Source: Vulcanimicrobiota bacterium
GTDB taxonomy: Bacteria; Vulcanimicrobiota; Vulcanimicrobiia; Eremiobacterales; Eremiobacteraceae
Direction of reading: 5' to 3'
DNA length: 64,000 nt
Assembly (NCBI GenBank): GCA_963812135.1
Contig: CAWETU010000001.1
Location: forward strand, 1,184,001 to 1,248,000
Shown in pieces: positions 27,133 through 35,819 of this stretch. Under the pieces are notes generated by a model. It was given only the letters and a program-made list of their open reading frames with translations, was not told where the DNA came from and did not search any database. Position numbers and translations under genes: made by a program. Position 1 is the first letter of the stretch, and the number at the start of each line of letters is the position of its first letter.

Positions 27133-28131
27133 TCACATTGCCGCCGCAATGTATCCGTGCCTTCGGAACCAGTCGACTGCTCGCGCCAGCGCGTCGCCGA
27201 CCGGTCCCGCGTGGAACCCCAACTCGCGGATGGCTTTGCTCGCGTCGACGTACTGGAATTCTCGCGACATGCGCACGCCCTCGAGCGGCACGAACGGCAC
27301 TGCATTTGGTTGGAGGCGGCAACGAAGTTCGTCGGCGTACGCTGCCAAGACGGTCAGACCATAGGGCACGCGCCAGCGCGGCGCCGTTCGTTGCGTCGCC
27401 TCCGCGAGCAACTCCCAGGCCCGATCGAACGATACGTTTTCGCCGCCGATGATGTAGCGCTCTCTGGGTTTGCCGCGCTCTAGCGCAGCGACATGCGCGC
27501 GCGCCACGTCCTCGACGGCGACGAGGTTGAAGCCGCCGGTGCTTGGTCGCGCTCCGATCCGCCCACGCGCGAAGTCGAGGACAAGCTTGCCCGTCGGTGT
27601 CGGTTTGTGATCTCCGGGACCGACGGGCGCGGTTGGCAGCACTAACACCGACGGAAGACCTGCGGCAAGAACAGCCTGTTCTTGCTCAAGCTTTGAGCGG
27701 TGATAGGTCGACGCGTGTGCGTCTGCCAAATTGTCGGCTTCCGTGGCGGGTACGCCGTCGTGCGCCGGTCCGACCGTCGCCGCACTTGAAGTGACCACCG
27801 CGCGCTCGACGCCGGCGGCAAGGGCCGCCTCCAAAACGCTCGTCGTTCCGGCGACGTTGACGCTCCGTATCGCGGCGCGATCTCGCGGCGCGAAGGAATA
27901 GAGCGCTGCGCAGTGGACCAGGTACCGGCAGCCTTGCATCGAGGCGATGACATCGCTCGCACGGCGTACATCGCCATCGACCCACTCGATGCTGGTCGGG
28001 GCGTCACGAGGGGCGCCGTGGGGTGCATGCGCGAGGGCACGGACACCGTAGCCCGAAGCGATGAATTCGCGCGCGACGTGAGCGCCGATAAAGCCGCTCG
28101 CGCCGGTTATGAAGACGAGGTCGCTTGGCAC
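27133..28131 (-). CDS. NAD-dependent epimerase/dehydratase (HpnA/dihydroflavonol-reductase-like)
   Basis: ITGASGFIG, HCAALY, YHRSK, PVGPGDHKPTPTG. Confidence 0.85.
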   Translation of the reverse strand: MPSDLVFITGASGFIGAHVAREFIASGYGVRALAHAPHGAPRDAPTSIEWVDGDVRRASDVIASMQGCRYLVHCAALYSFAPRDRAAIRSVNVAGTTSVLEAALAAGVERAVVTSSAATVGPAHDGVPATEADNLADAHASTYHRSKLEQEQAVLAAGLPSVLVLPTAPVGPGDHKPTPTGKLVLDFARGRIGARPSTGGFNLVAVEDVARAHVAALERGKPRERYIIGGENVSFDRAWELLAEATQRTAPRWRVPYGLTVLAAYADELRCRLQPNAVPFVPLEGVRMSREFQYVDASKAIRELGFHAGPVGDALARAVDWFRRHGYIAAAM

Positions 28132-29432
28132 GCGTTTACGCTTCGGGCAGCGATAGCTCGCATACTTTTGACGTCCTCGTGATCGGCGCGGGGATGGCGG
28201 GCGTGACGGCCGCACGAGCGCTCGTGCGCGCTGGTTTGCGTGTCCGTGTGCTCGAGGCGAAGCAGCGTGTGGGCGGGCGCATCCACACGCTGCGCGATTT
28301 TTGCGACCTGCCGGTCGAAGCAGGCGCCGAGCTTATCCACGGGCGGCGCGCCCAAACGTGGCCTGAGGTCGAAGCCGCAGGCCTCACCGTGCGGCCCAAT
28401 TCGCACTCGATGAGCGCGCTGATGATCGATCTCGGCTATGGCACGCAGTGGTTGTCGCGCGCCTTGCTGCACCCGCAGACGTGGCGGGCATTCACGATTT
28501 TGCGGCGTCTCGCGCGCCGGGAATCACGCGACCTGTCTGCGCGCGAGTTCATCGAACGCCGCGGATACCGCGGCCGAGCCCACTCGCTGGCTGAGATGGT
28601 GTTCACCACGCATCTCCCGGGAACCACGAATGAGATCGGGATCCACGGCTTTCTCGACGATGGTGTGCTTGAGCTTGAGACCAGCGCAGACTATCGCGTC
28701 AATGAAGGCTACGATCGAATTGTCGAATACGTCGCGCGGGATCTCGAGACCGAATTCGGGTTCGTGCTCGGAACGATTGAGTGGTCGCCGGAGGGTGTAA
28801 AGATCAGCGCTCGCGATGGACGCGAGCGCATCGCTCGGGCTGCGATCTCAACGCTGCCCGTGGGCGTGCTGCAATCCGATGCGATTCGATTCACGCCCGA
28901 ACTCCCCGAGAGCAAACGCGAGGCGCTGCGCGGGATGGTCATGGGGCCGGTGCTCAAAGTCCTCATGCGTTTCGAAGAACCGTTTTGGCCACGGCACCTC
29001 GCGGCGCTGTGTTCGAGCGCTGGACCAGTCGCGCTCTATTGGAACGTGTTCTACAAGGCCAAGATCGAAGCGCCGGTTCTGACGGCCTACTGCACCGGCG
29101 AGCGCGCCGCGACACTGGCGCGAATAAGCGAAGAAGAAGCACTCGCACGTGTCGTGCAAGATCTGCGCCGTCACTTCCCCAAGGCAAAGCCGAAGCTCGC
29201 GGAATGGCGTCTGATCGATTGGAGCGCTGATCCGATGGCCTGCGGCGGATACACGTTCTTGCGTCCGGGCGCGGCTGGGGCGCGAGCGCGTCTCGCGGCG
29301 GCTGATACCGGTGCGCTGTTTTGGGCAGGTTCTGAAACAGCGACGAAACCGATCGCGGCCACGGTCGCGGGGGCGTATGCCACAGGTCTGCGAGCAGCTG
29401 CAGAAGTGGTTGCCAAGGTCGAGGTAGGCTAA
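28125..29432 (+). CDS. Flavin monoamine oxidase family protein
   Basis: VIGAGMAG, LEAKQRVGGRI, EAGAELIHG, TLPVGVLQ, WSADP..GGY, FWAGSET. Confidence 0.88.
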   Translation: MARVYASGSDSSHTFDVLVIGAGMAGVTAARALVRAGLRVRVLEAKQRVGGRIHTLRDFCDLPVEAGAELIHGRRAQTWPEVEAAGLTVRPNSHSMSALMIDLGYGTQWLSRALLHPQTWRAFTILRRLARRESRDLSAREFIERRGYRGRAHSLAEMVFTTHLPGTTNEIGIHGFLDDGVLELETSADYRVNEGYDRIVEYVARDLETEFGFVLGTIEWSPEGVKISARDGRERIARAAISTLPVGVLQSDAIRFTPELPESKREALRGMVMGPVLKVLMRFEEPFWPRHLAALCSSAGPVALYWNVFYKAKIEAPVLTAYCTGERAATLARISEEEALARVVQDLRRHFPKAKPKLAEWRLIDWSADPMACGGYTFLRPGAAGARARLAAADTGALFWAGSETATKPIAATVAGAYATGLRAAAEVVAKVEVG

Positions 29433-30304
29433 CAGCCTGACGCTGCAGACATGGCGCGGCGAAGCAGAGCCGGTGCCTTCATTCGGTCGGCGAAGCGATC
29501 GAACTCCGACCGCGGCCCCTCCCAACGAAGATCCTCGATCTTGCGAAAGACCGGCACGTCTAATCGTAAGGTTGCCAGCGTGCGAAACAGCAGGGCGTCG
29601 TCCCAAGCGCTGTTCAGCGCCTCGGACAGCGAGCGCGCCCGTGGGATGGAGGGATGCCACTTGCGCCAGTCCTTCGGAATCTCCTCAAGGTGGCCATATC
29701 GCGACAGCGTTGTGGCCGCGGCCTTAGCACCCCAGCCTGCCACGCCTGGAAATCCATCCGCGCTATCCCCGACCACGGCCAGGTAATCCGGAATCGAACT
29801 CGGTGTCACCCCGAACTTGGCGACCACGCCGGCCTCATCGCGCACGACGTCGCGCCGGCGATCCAGCTGAACGACGCGCGTGCCCACGACGGACTGGCTC
29901 AGATCCTTGTCGGGCGTACAAATGAACACGCGGCTCACGCGATCGTCCTTCGAAGCCTTGACCGCGGCGGAAGCCAACGCATCATCGGCCTCGTAGTAAA
30001 CCATCGGCCACACCACGACGCCCATCGCCTCAAGGGCTTCCTCTAAGATCGGAAACTGCGAAGCCAACTCGGGTGGCACACCTTCGCCGGTCTTGTAACC
30101 GCTATACAGATCGTTTCGAAAGGACTCGACGACGTGATCGGTCGCGACACCGATATGCGTGACGTCGCGCTCAAGCATCGATAAAACCGAAGACAAGACA
30201 CCGCGCACGGCGCCCACTTCTTGCCCATGCACGTCCGCCGTGGGTGGTACGGCGAAAAAATGTCGGAACAATTCATAAGTTCCGTCAACCAAATGTACCT
30301 GCAC
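29429..30304 (-). CDS. Stand-alone 5'-3' exonuclease / flap endonuclease
   Basis: LVDGTYELFR, EADDALAS, TPDKDL, DYLAVVGDSADGFPGVAGWGAKAA (H3TH). Confidence 0.9.
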   Translation of the reverse strand: MQVHLVDGTYELFRHFFAVPPTADVHGQEVGAVRGVLSSVLSMLERDVTHIGVATDHVVESFRNDLYSGYKTGEGVPPELASQFPILEEALEAMGVVVWPMVYYEADDALASAAVKASKDDRVSRVFICTPDKDLSQSVVGTRVVQLDRRRDVVRDEAGVVAKFGVTPSSIPDYLAVVGDSADGFPGVAGWGAKAAATTLSRYGHLEEIPKDWRKWHPSIPRARSLSEALNSAWDDALLFRTLATLRLDVPVFRKIEDLRWEGPRSEFDRFADRMKAPALLRRAMSAASGC

Positions 30305-30343
30305 GGGAAATGATGTCTTCGCTTTTGCCGTACGATTACCGGC

Positions 30344-31393
30344 CTATCGCGTGTACTGCGACTGCTGACGCAGTGCTTGCTGCATGGAGAAGTACGCAGG
30401 CTTCGGCGCGTAGTTCGCATCGAATTCCAGCGCCGCGCCTTCACCGGGATGACGCGCCGGAATCCACGAGTACTTGTCGGTGAACCCCCACGTTTGCAGC
30501 CCTTTGCACGCCGGTTGCTTCAGGCACGTTTGGAGGACGTCACTGTAGACCTTCGCCTGCGCTTCCATATCAGCTTGGCTGATCGGCGTCGGGTAGCGTA
30601 CGTCCATCTCCGTGACGTAGATCTGCAAACCCAAACGGGCGAAGCGCTGCATGTTGGCCGCCAGGCTTGACACGTCGATGCCGCGGTCGAGGTGCATTTG
30701 GAATCCCACCGCATCGATCGGCACGCCCTGTTGTCTCAGTTTCGATATCAAGGCGAGTTCAGCAGTGGATTTCGCGTTGACGGTCTCTACGCTGTAGTCG
30801 TTGTAGACCAAGACGGCGTTCGGATCATCGGCGTGGGCCTGCCGATACGCCAGCGCGATATACTGCGGCCCGATCGTGGTCTCCCAAATGGTTCGGCGGA
30901 GCGAGCCGTCGCCGTTCAACGCCTCATTGACGACGTCCCACAGCGCGATCTTTCCTTTATAGTGTCCGATCTCCGCGTCGATGTGTTTGGTCATCACGTC
31001 GGTCAACTGGGCCGCGGTCCAGCTCCTGCCCGTGACCCAATTCGGCAGCTCATGGTGCCACACCAGACAATGGCCATGCACCTTCATCCCATGCGCTTGG
31101 GCGAACTGGACGTGCCTGTCACCGGCGGCGAAATCGAACACGCCTTGCTGTGGCTCGGTGTCTTGGAACTTCATCTGGTTCTCGGGCGTGAGGATATTGA
31201 ACTCGGCGCTCGCAGTCGCTTCGTAGGTCGCGACATCGGGCAACGTCCAAAAGCTGTCATTGGACGCATACCCGATGAGAAAATCTCCAGCCAGGTCCCG
31301 CAGGTGGTCCTTGATGGGTTTGTCATCGCCGTTGACGGGCGCGGTTCCACACAGTAATAACACCGCCAGGAAGAACCATACGACCCTCTTCAT
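30344..31393 (-). CDS. Secreted GH10 endo-1,4-beta-xylanase
   Basis: TPENQMK, HGHCLVWH, WDVVNEA (acid/base), YNDY, GFQMH, VTEMDV (nucleophile), WGFTDKYSW. Confidence 0.93.
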   Translation of the reverse strand: MKRVVWFFLAVLLLCGTAPVNGDDKPIKDHLRDLAGDFLIGYASNDSFWTLPDVATYEATASAEFNILTPENQMKFQDTEPQQGVFDFAAGDRHVQFAQAHGMKVHGHCLVWHHELPNWVTGRSWTAAQLTDVMTKHIDAEIGHYKGKIALWDVVNEALNGDGSLRRTIWETTIGPQYIALAYRQAHADDPNAVLVYNDYSVETVNAKSTAELALISKLRQQGVPIDAVGFQMHLDRGIDVSSLAANMQRFARLGLQIYVTEMDVRYPTPISQADMEAQAKVYSDVLQTCLKQPACKGLQTWGFTDKYSWIPARHPGEGAALEFDANYAPKPAYFSMQQALRQQSQYTR

Positions 31394-31585
31394 GGCGTCG
31401 GGTTCGAGAGGAGGGCCGCGATGCCCTCGCGTCCCTGGGTCAGGTAGACCGAGGGGAACGCCAGCTCGCTACCCTTGCAACCACACGGTTTTCCTCCGGC
31501 GCCATCAGCTGGACGCATTGTGGACGTGCTCATGGTAAGGTTAGCGCGATCGAGACAGTCCTTACTGTGCCGAGGGGATGAGCAT

Positions 31586-33001
31586 ATGAAACAATGGCTG
31601 GTTGCGTTTTTCGCGCTTTGCGTCCTAATCGCCCAGCCGCGTCTTGCGAACGCGGCGGTCACCGCTTCGATGTCGCTCGTCGGGTCAAATCCGATCAATG
31701 GGTGCCCTGCCAACGTCCAATTCACCGGAACCATATCCGGCACGCCCGGCACAGCATTCACCTACAGCTTCAACCGCTTCGTGGACAGCGTGCAGCAGGT
31801 TGCCGGCGGCACTGTGGTGACGATGCCCCCGAGCGGCTCGATCACGGTGAGCGACTCTATTCCGATCGCGGCATCGACGAACGGCGTCACCTTCGACCAG
31901 ATTTGGGTGCACAACATCGGCGCCTTTCAACCCGACGTGTATTCAAATAAAGTAGCCTTCACCGTCAACTGCGTCACCGCGACGCCGACGCCAGGATCAT
32001 CACTGGCCCCCGGACCGCCCCCTCCCTCGATCCCCAACGGCTTGACCAGCACGAACGATCCGGCGGTGTGCACGTCGCACGGCGGCCTTGCCGCGGGTCT
32101 CGCGTGCTCGGGTGGCTTCACCACGGGCATGCTGGCGCTTATCTGGAACAGTGGCGGCGGTTGCGCCAACTGCAGTTCGGGCTATCGCGTGTATCGCGTC
32201 GACGGGGGGCAGCACGCGCTCGTCGTCACACAGAGCAACGGCAAGGATGTGACGGTCGCGCTCTTAGACAAGCCGAGCGATGGCTTCAACGGCAAGTGCT
32301 ACGCGGTCAGGTCGTATGAGCTCTTTGCGGAATCCGGCGACAGCGCACCCTACTGCGTCAACGGCGCCGTGGACACGGCATTCGTGCGCAACTTCATCGT
32401 ACAACCGAGCAACATTCGCCACGTGGAACACCACCACCATTTCGAAGGCTTTGCACCCGGATGCGGCTTGCCCGACTGGGGCACAGGTCCGACCACGACT
32501 CTCTCCGTGGGCTTCCTCCACCGCTACTCGAGCGCCGGCCCATTCGCGTGCGATCAAGACACGTGGGTGGACCAGGTCGCGATCAGTTTCGCCGAGCTGG
32601 GCAGCGCGGGCATTCTCTTGCGCAATCCAAAAGCAAGCGTCAAAAAAGCGATCCTCGCGTTCAACCGAGTAAGCAAAGGCAATGCCTCATGCCTGGCCGG
32701 CGTGCACCTGCCGACAGGCGACTGGTCGAACGCGCAGGACCTCATCCCGAACAAGGATTACATCAGCGGCATCCCATGGAGCGGCGGCAACGACTGGACC
32801 AACACGGTGAAGATCTCAGGCCTGATCTATAATATCGACGTCTCGTCCGCGATCAACAACTTCGCAAAGGGGATTTGGCCGGACCACGGATTTGTGCTCG
32901 TCGGCGGCAACGAAGACACCAGCGGATTTCACGACAACAACGAGTGCGACTCCGTATTCGGCGATTTCTCGCTCGATCTTCAAGTCATCGTCCAACCATG
33001 A
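31586..33001 (+). CDS. Secreted three-module Cys-rich protein (paralog family member)
   Basis: Signal peptide; closely similar to 41175-42575 across its length. Confidence 0.8.
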   Translation: MKQWLVAFFALCVLIAQPRLANAAVTASMSLVGSNPINGCPANVQFTGTISGTPGTAFTYSFNRFVDSVQQVAGGTVVTMPPSGSITVSDSIPIAASTNGVTFDQIWVHNIGAFQPDVYSNKVAFTVNCVTATPTPGSSLAPGPPPPSIPNGLTSTNDPAVCTSHGGLAAGLACSGGFTTGMLALIWNSGGGCANCSSGYRVYRVDGGQHALVVTQSNGKDVTVALLDKPSDGFNGKCYAVRSYELFAESGDSAPYCVNGAVDTAFVRNFIVQPSNIRHVEHHHHFEGFAPGCGLPDWGTGPTTTLSVGFLHRYSSAGPFACDQDTWVDQVAISFAELGSAGILLRNPKASVKKAILAFNRVSKGNASCLAGVHLPTGDWSNAQDLIPNKDYISGIPWSGGNDWTNTVKISGLIYNIDVSSAINNFAKGIWPDHGFVLVGGNEDTSGFHDNNECDSVFGDFSLDLQVIVQP

Positions 33002-33035
33002 CACAGCTGGCGCTTGTCGCCAAAGGAGGTCTCCC

Positions 33036-33425
33036 ATGAGGAGCTCTAACGCGTTGCTATCGGTCGCGATATTCGCAGTGTTGACGGCCGTGTTCGCTCT
33101 CGGCCCGATCATCGCCGATCAAAACCAGGTCCGCGCTGATCAGCCTGGCGGAAACAACATTCACATGGTGTACACTCCACCGCCAGCTCCATCGACGGCG
33201 CAACTCCAGACTGAGATCGATAGCCTGACGAAGACTGTCAAAGATCTGCAGATCGCGTATGCATCGCATTGCCACAAGATGACCGGCCTTGCGTATGTAA
33301 GCCAGACGGTTCCGCCAGACATACGGCCCGGTACCAATACAACCCAATACTATTTCGTGGCCACGCTGTCAAGCGGCGCGGGTTCCTACGGCTGGCAGAA
33401 AACCGGCGGCCCGATCTCGTGTTGA
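33036..33425 (+). CDS. Secreted hypothetical protein with short coiled coil
   Basis: AAGGAGGT RBS; signal peptide; LQTEIDSLTKTVKDLQ. Confidence 0.7.
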   Translation: MRSSNALLSVAIFAVLTAVFALGPIIADQNQVRADQPGGNNIHMVYTPPPAPSTAQLQTEIDSLTKTVKDLQIAYASHCHKMTGLAYVSQTVPPDIRPGTNTTQYYFVATLSSGAGSYGWQKTGGPISC

Positions 33426-33438
33426 GATTCCGTCTTGA

Positions 33439-33729
33439 CTAATGAGCGCCAGCGTGTGGGGCCAGACCGAATCGCTTGATGGCGCGTGCCTTCGCCCGTG
33501 CGGCCTCCTCGTTCCGACTCTTGGGCGGTGCGTTCGTTTCGAGCGTGCGAAGCAGACGGGTCGAGGCACGGGCTATCTCATCGACGGCAGCGTCGAACGC
33601 GGCTTCGTTCGCTTTGGACGGCTTGTTGAAACCGCTGATTTTTCTGACGAACTGAAGCGAAGCCGACCGAACGTCTTCGGCGCTCACCGGCGGCTCGAAG
33701 TTGAAGAGCGTCTTGATGTTTCTGCACAT
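33439..33729 (-). CDS. DUF2277 family protein
   Basis: MCRNIKTLFNFEPP...ASLQFVRKISGF.KPS.ANEAAF. Confidence 0.85.
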   Translation of the reverse strand: MCRNIKTLFNFEPPVSAEDVRSASLQFVRKISGFNKPSKANEAAFDAAVDEIARASTRLLRTLETNAPPKSRNEEAARAKARAIKRFGLAPHAGAH

Positions 33730-33744
33730 TTCCAAATACCTCGG

Positions 33745-34488
33745 TTACTTGACCGGTTGAAGCGTCCCGTCCGACCACCTCTTTACGCCGACGACGAAGA
33801 CGCGCATCGGTGGCAGGCCGTGGGCTTGTGGGTTATCGTCGTCGTTCGGGAACCAATACGACGAAGATGCGATTGGTGACTTGGGCAGATCTGCACCCCA
33901 AATTTGGCCATTTGGGAATGTGTTATAAAACATGACGTGGGCCAGATTGTGGTGATCATCGTCGGTGAGGTACGCCGACTTCGACATCATGTAGCTCATC
34001 GCGCCGGGCGCAAGCGCGGGCAATTCCTTCTTCTGGAACGCCGCCTTAAGAGCAGCCATGATAGCGGCCTCGGAGTCGCCAGCTAATGTCATTTCCGTCT
34101 TCTTGTACACGATCGGCAAAAGGGACTGCGCGGCTGGTGCATTTAGGCAAACCGGACCCAAAAGTTTAGGATTCCACAGCTCTGGCCAGTCTATAGCGCT
34201 TGTCCACCCGCGATCCACCATGCAGACGAAGCCGTTCTTACCGTTGACGGCCGTTTCGTATCCGTGTCTTCCGAGCACGAGGACTGTCGCATCGCGGGAT
34301 ATGGCCTCAGGTGCTGCGCTTCGTGCCAATGCAATTTCAGCATTACGGTCCGGAATCAGATACTGTTCGACCGGCGCCATTTTTGGGTACCGCGGTTTTG
34401 CATCCTCAGCTCTCGCCGGCATCACGACGCTCAGGAGGGCGATTACGGCGAACGCTCCCAAAACTGTGGTTCTCTTGAAGCTTCTCAT
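33745..34488 (-). CDS. Secreted conserved hypothetical protein
   Basis: Signal peptide; EIALARSAAP...GFVC...P.C...MSYMMS...HVMFY. Confidence 0.75.
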   Translation of the reverse strand: MRSFKRTTVLGAFAVIALLSVVMPARAEDAKPRYPKMAPVEQYLIPDRNAEIALARSAAPEAISRDATVLVLGRHGYETAVNGKNGFVCMVDRGWTSAIDWPELWNPKLLGPVCLNAPAAQSLLPIVYKKTEMTLAGDSEAAIMAALKAAFQKKELPALAPGAMSYMMSKSAYLTDDDHHNLAHVMFYNTFPNGQIWGADLPKSPIASSSYWFPNDDDNPQAHGLPPMRVFVVGVKRWSDGTLQPVK

Positions 34489-34735
34489 GACTGCGACTTT
34501 TTGGAAGGCCCGGTCGTTGTCATCCTTCGATCGCGGGCACTGCCTGAATTTTGCTCCGATGCCCAGGTCCGCGTCGCTGGTGCACCGTCTGATCCTGTCA
34601 TCAATCGTCCGAATGTACCGAAAAGTTCGCTGCGCGTGCCGCCAACCTCCAGCCTACAAGAATGTCCCGTTGCGATGCAAGAAGAAACGAAGAACTTCAC
34701 GGCGCCTCAAGAGTCCCGAAACGAATCGTATCGAT

Positions 34736-35605
34736 ATGCAAGAACGCGCCTGGATGCAGCTCAACGAAGGGAAAATGCAGTTTTCTCTTCGACACACAAG
34801 CCACGAGAGGTTCTGGACCGGGTTCGAGGCAGCCCTCATCGAGACGTCGGGCGGTGTCAGCCAAGCCCGGTACAACAACGCACACGGCATATCCGTGCAG
34901 GTGGGAGCGCCGATTCGCACGACTGCTCGTTGCGACGGGGCCGTGACTCGACGGTTGCAGGTCCCGGGCAGCATCGATCTGATGCCGCTAGGCTTTTCCG
35001 GAGAGTGGCAGGACGAGGGCCCAACGGCCTTCTTGTGCATCCACCTTAGCCCATCGCTCGTGCAATCGACGGCAGAGGCAATGGACGTGAATCCCGATCG
35101 CGTCTCGCTGCTGCCGCTGCTGCAGTTCATGGATCCGCAGATCGAGCACATCGGCTGGGCGCTCAAAGCCGAGTTGGAGACCCCCGAGCCCTCAGGTCGT
35201 CTCTACGCCGATGGTCTGGGACTGGCGCTGGCCGCGCACTTGCTGCGGCAGCACGCGCCGCTCGTGCCCCGCGTCACCAAAGGCTTACCGAAACGCCGGC
35301 TGCAACTCGTGATGGATTACATCCGCGACCACCTGGCGCAGGACCTCAGACTCGTCCAGCTCGCGGAAGTTGCAAGCGTTAGCCCGTCGCATTTCAAGTG
35401 TTTGTTCAAGCAATCCGTCGGCGTGCCCGTTCATCAGTACGTGCTCCGAAGCCGCGTGGACTATGCGGTCGACCTACTGGTGAAGAGCAAGCTTCCACTG
35501 AGCGATGTGGCGCTCCAGGCCGGTTTTGCAAACCAGAGCCACATGGCCCGCTGCGTGCGGCGCGCCACGGGACTGACTCCGAGCACTCTGCGCAACTTGA
35601 TCTAA
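34736..35605 (+). CDS. AraC family transcriptional regulator
   Basis: SPSHFKCLFKQSVGVPVHQYV...VALQAGFANQSHMAR; start inferred from the paralog at 52417. Confidence 0.9.
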   Translation: MQERAWMQLNEGKMQFSLRHTSHERFWTGFEAALIETSGGVSQARYNNAHGISVQVGAPIRTTARCDGAVTRRLQVPGSIDLMPLGFSGEWQDEGPTAFLCIHLSPSLVQSTAEAMDVNPDRVSLLPLLQFMDPQIEHIGWALKAELETPEPSGRLYADGLGLALAAHLLRQHAPLVPRVTKGLPKRRLQLVMDYIRDHLAQDLRLVQLAEVASVSPSHFKCLFKQSVGVPVHQYVLRSRVDYAVDLLVKSKLPLSDVALQAGFANQSHMARCVRRATGLTPSTLRNLI

Positions 35606-35819
35606 CGACCCGTCCGCCTTAAAAACGCCATTCCGTCCGTTCGTGTGCTAGACCGCCCAAACGTGAGCGACGACGGCGCCACATGCTGGTTACGCTTTCA
35701 CTTGCTGGGACGCACGGGTCTGCTTACGCCCGTGTGCGACCCGGGCTCCCAGTGTCCGTCGATCTTCGCTGGTCGGCGGACTTCATCGCTACGGGCTCTT
35801 CGAGAAGGAATGAGAGACC

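Noticed and set aside
34058..34735. N-terminal extension of the 515-aa AraC ORF
   Set aside because: It overlaps the opposite-strand gene 33745-34488, and the paralog at 52417 supports a start at 34736.
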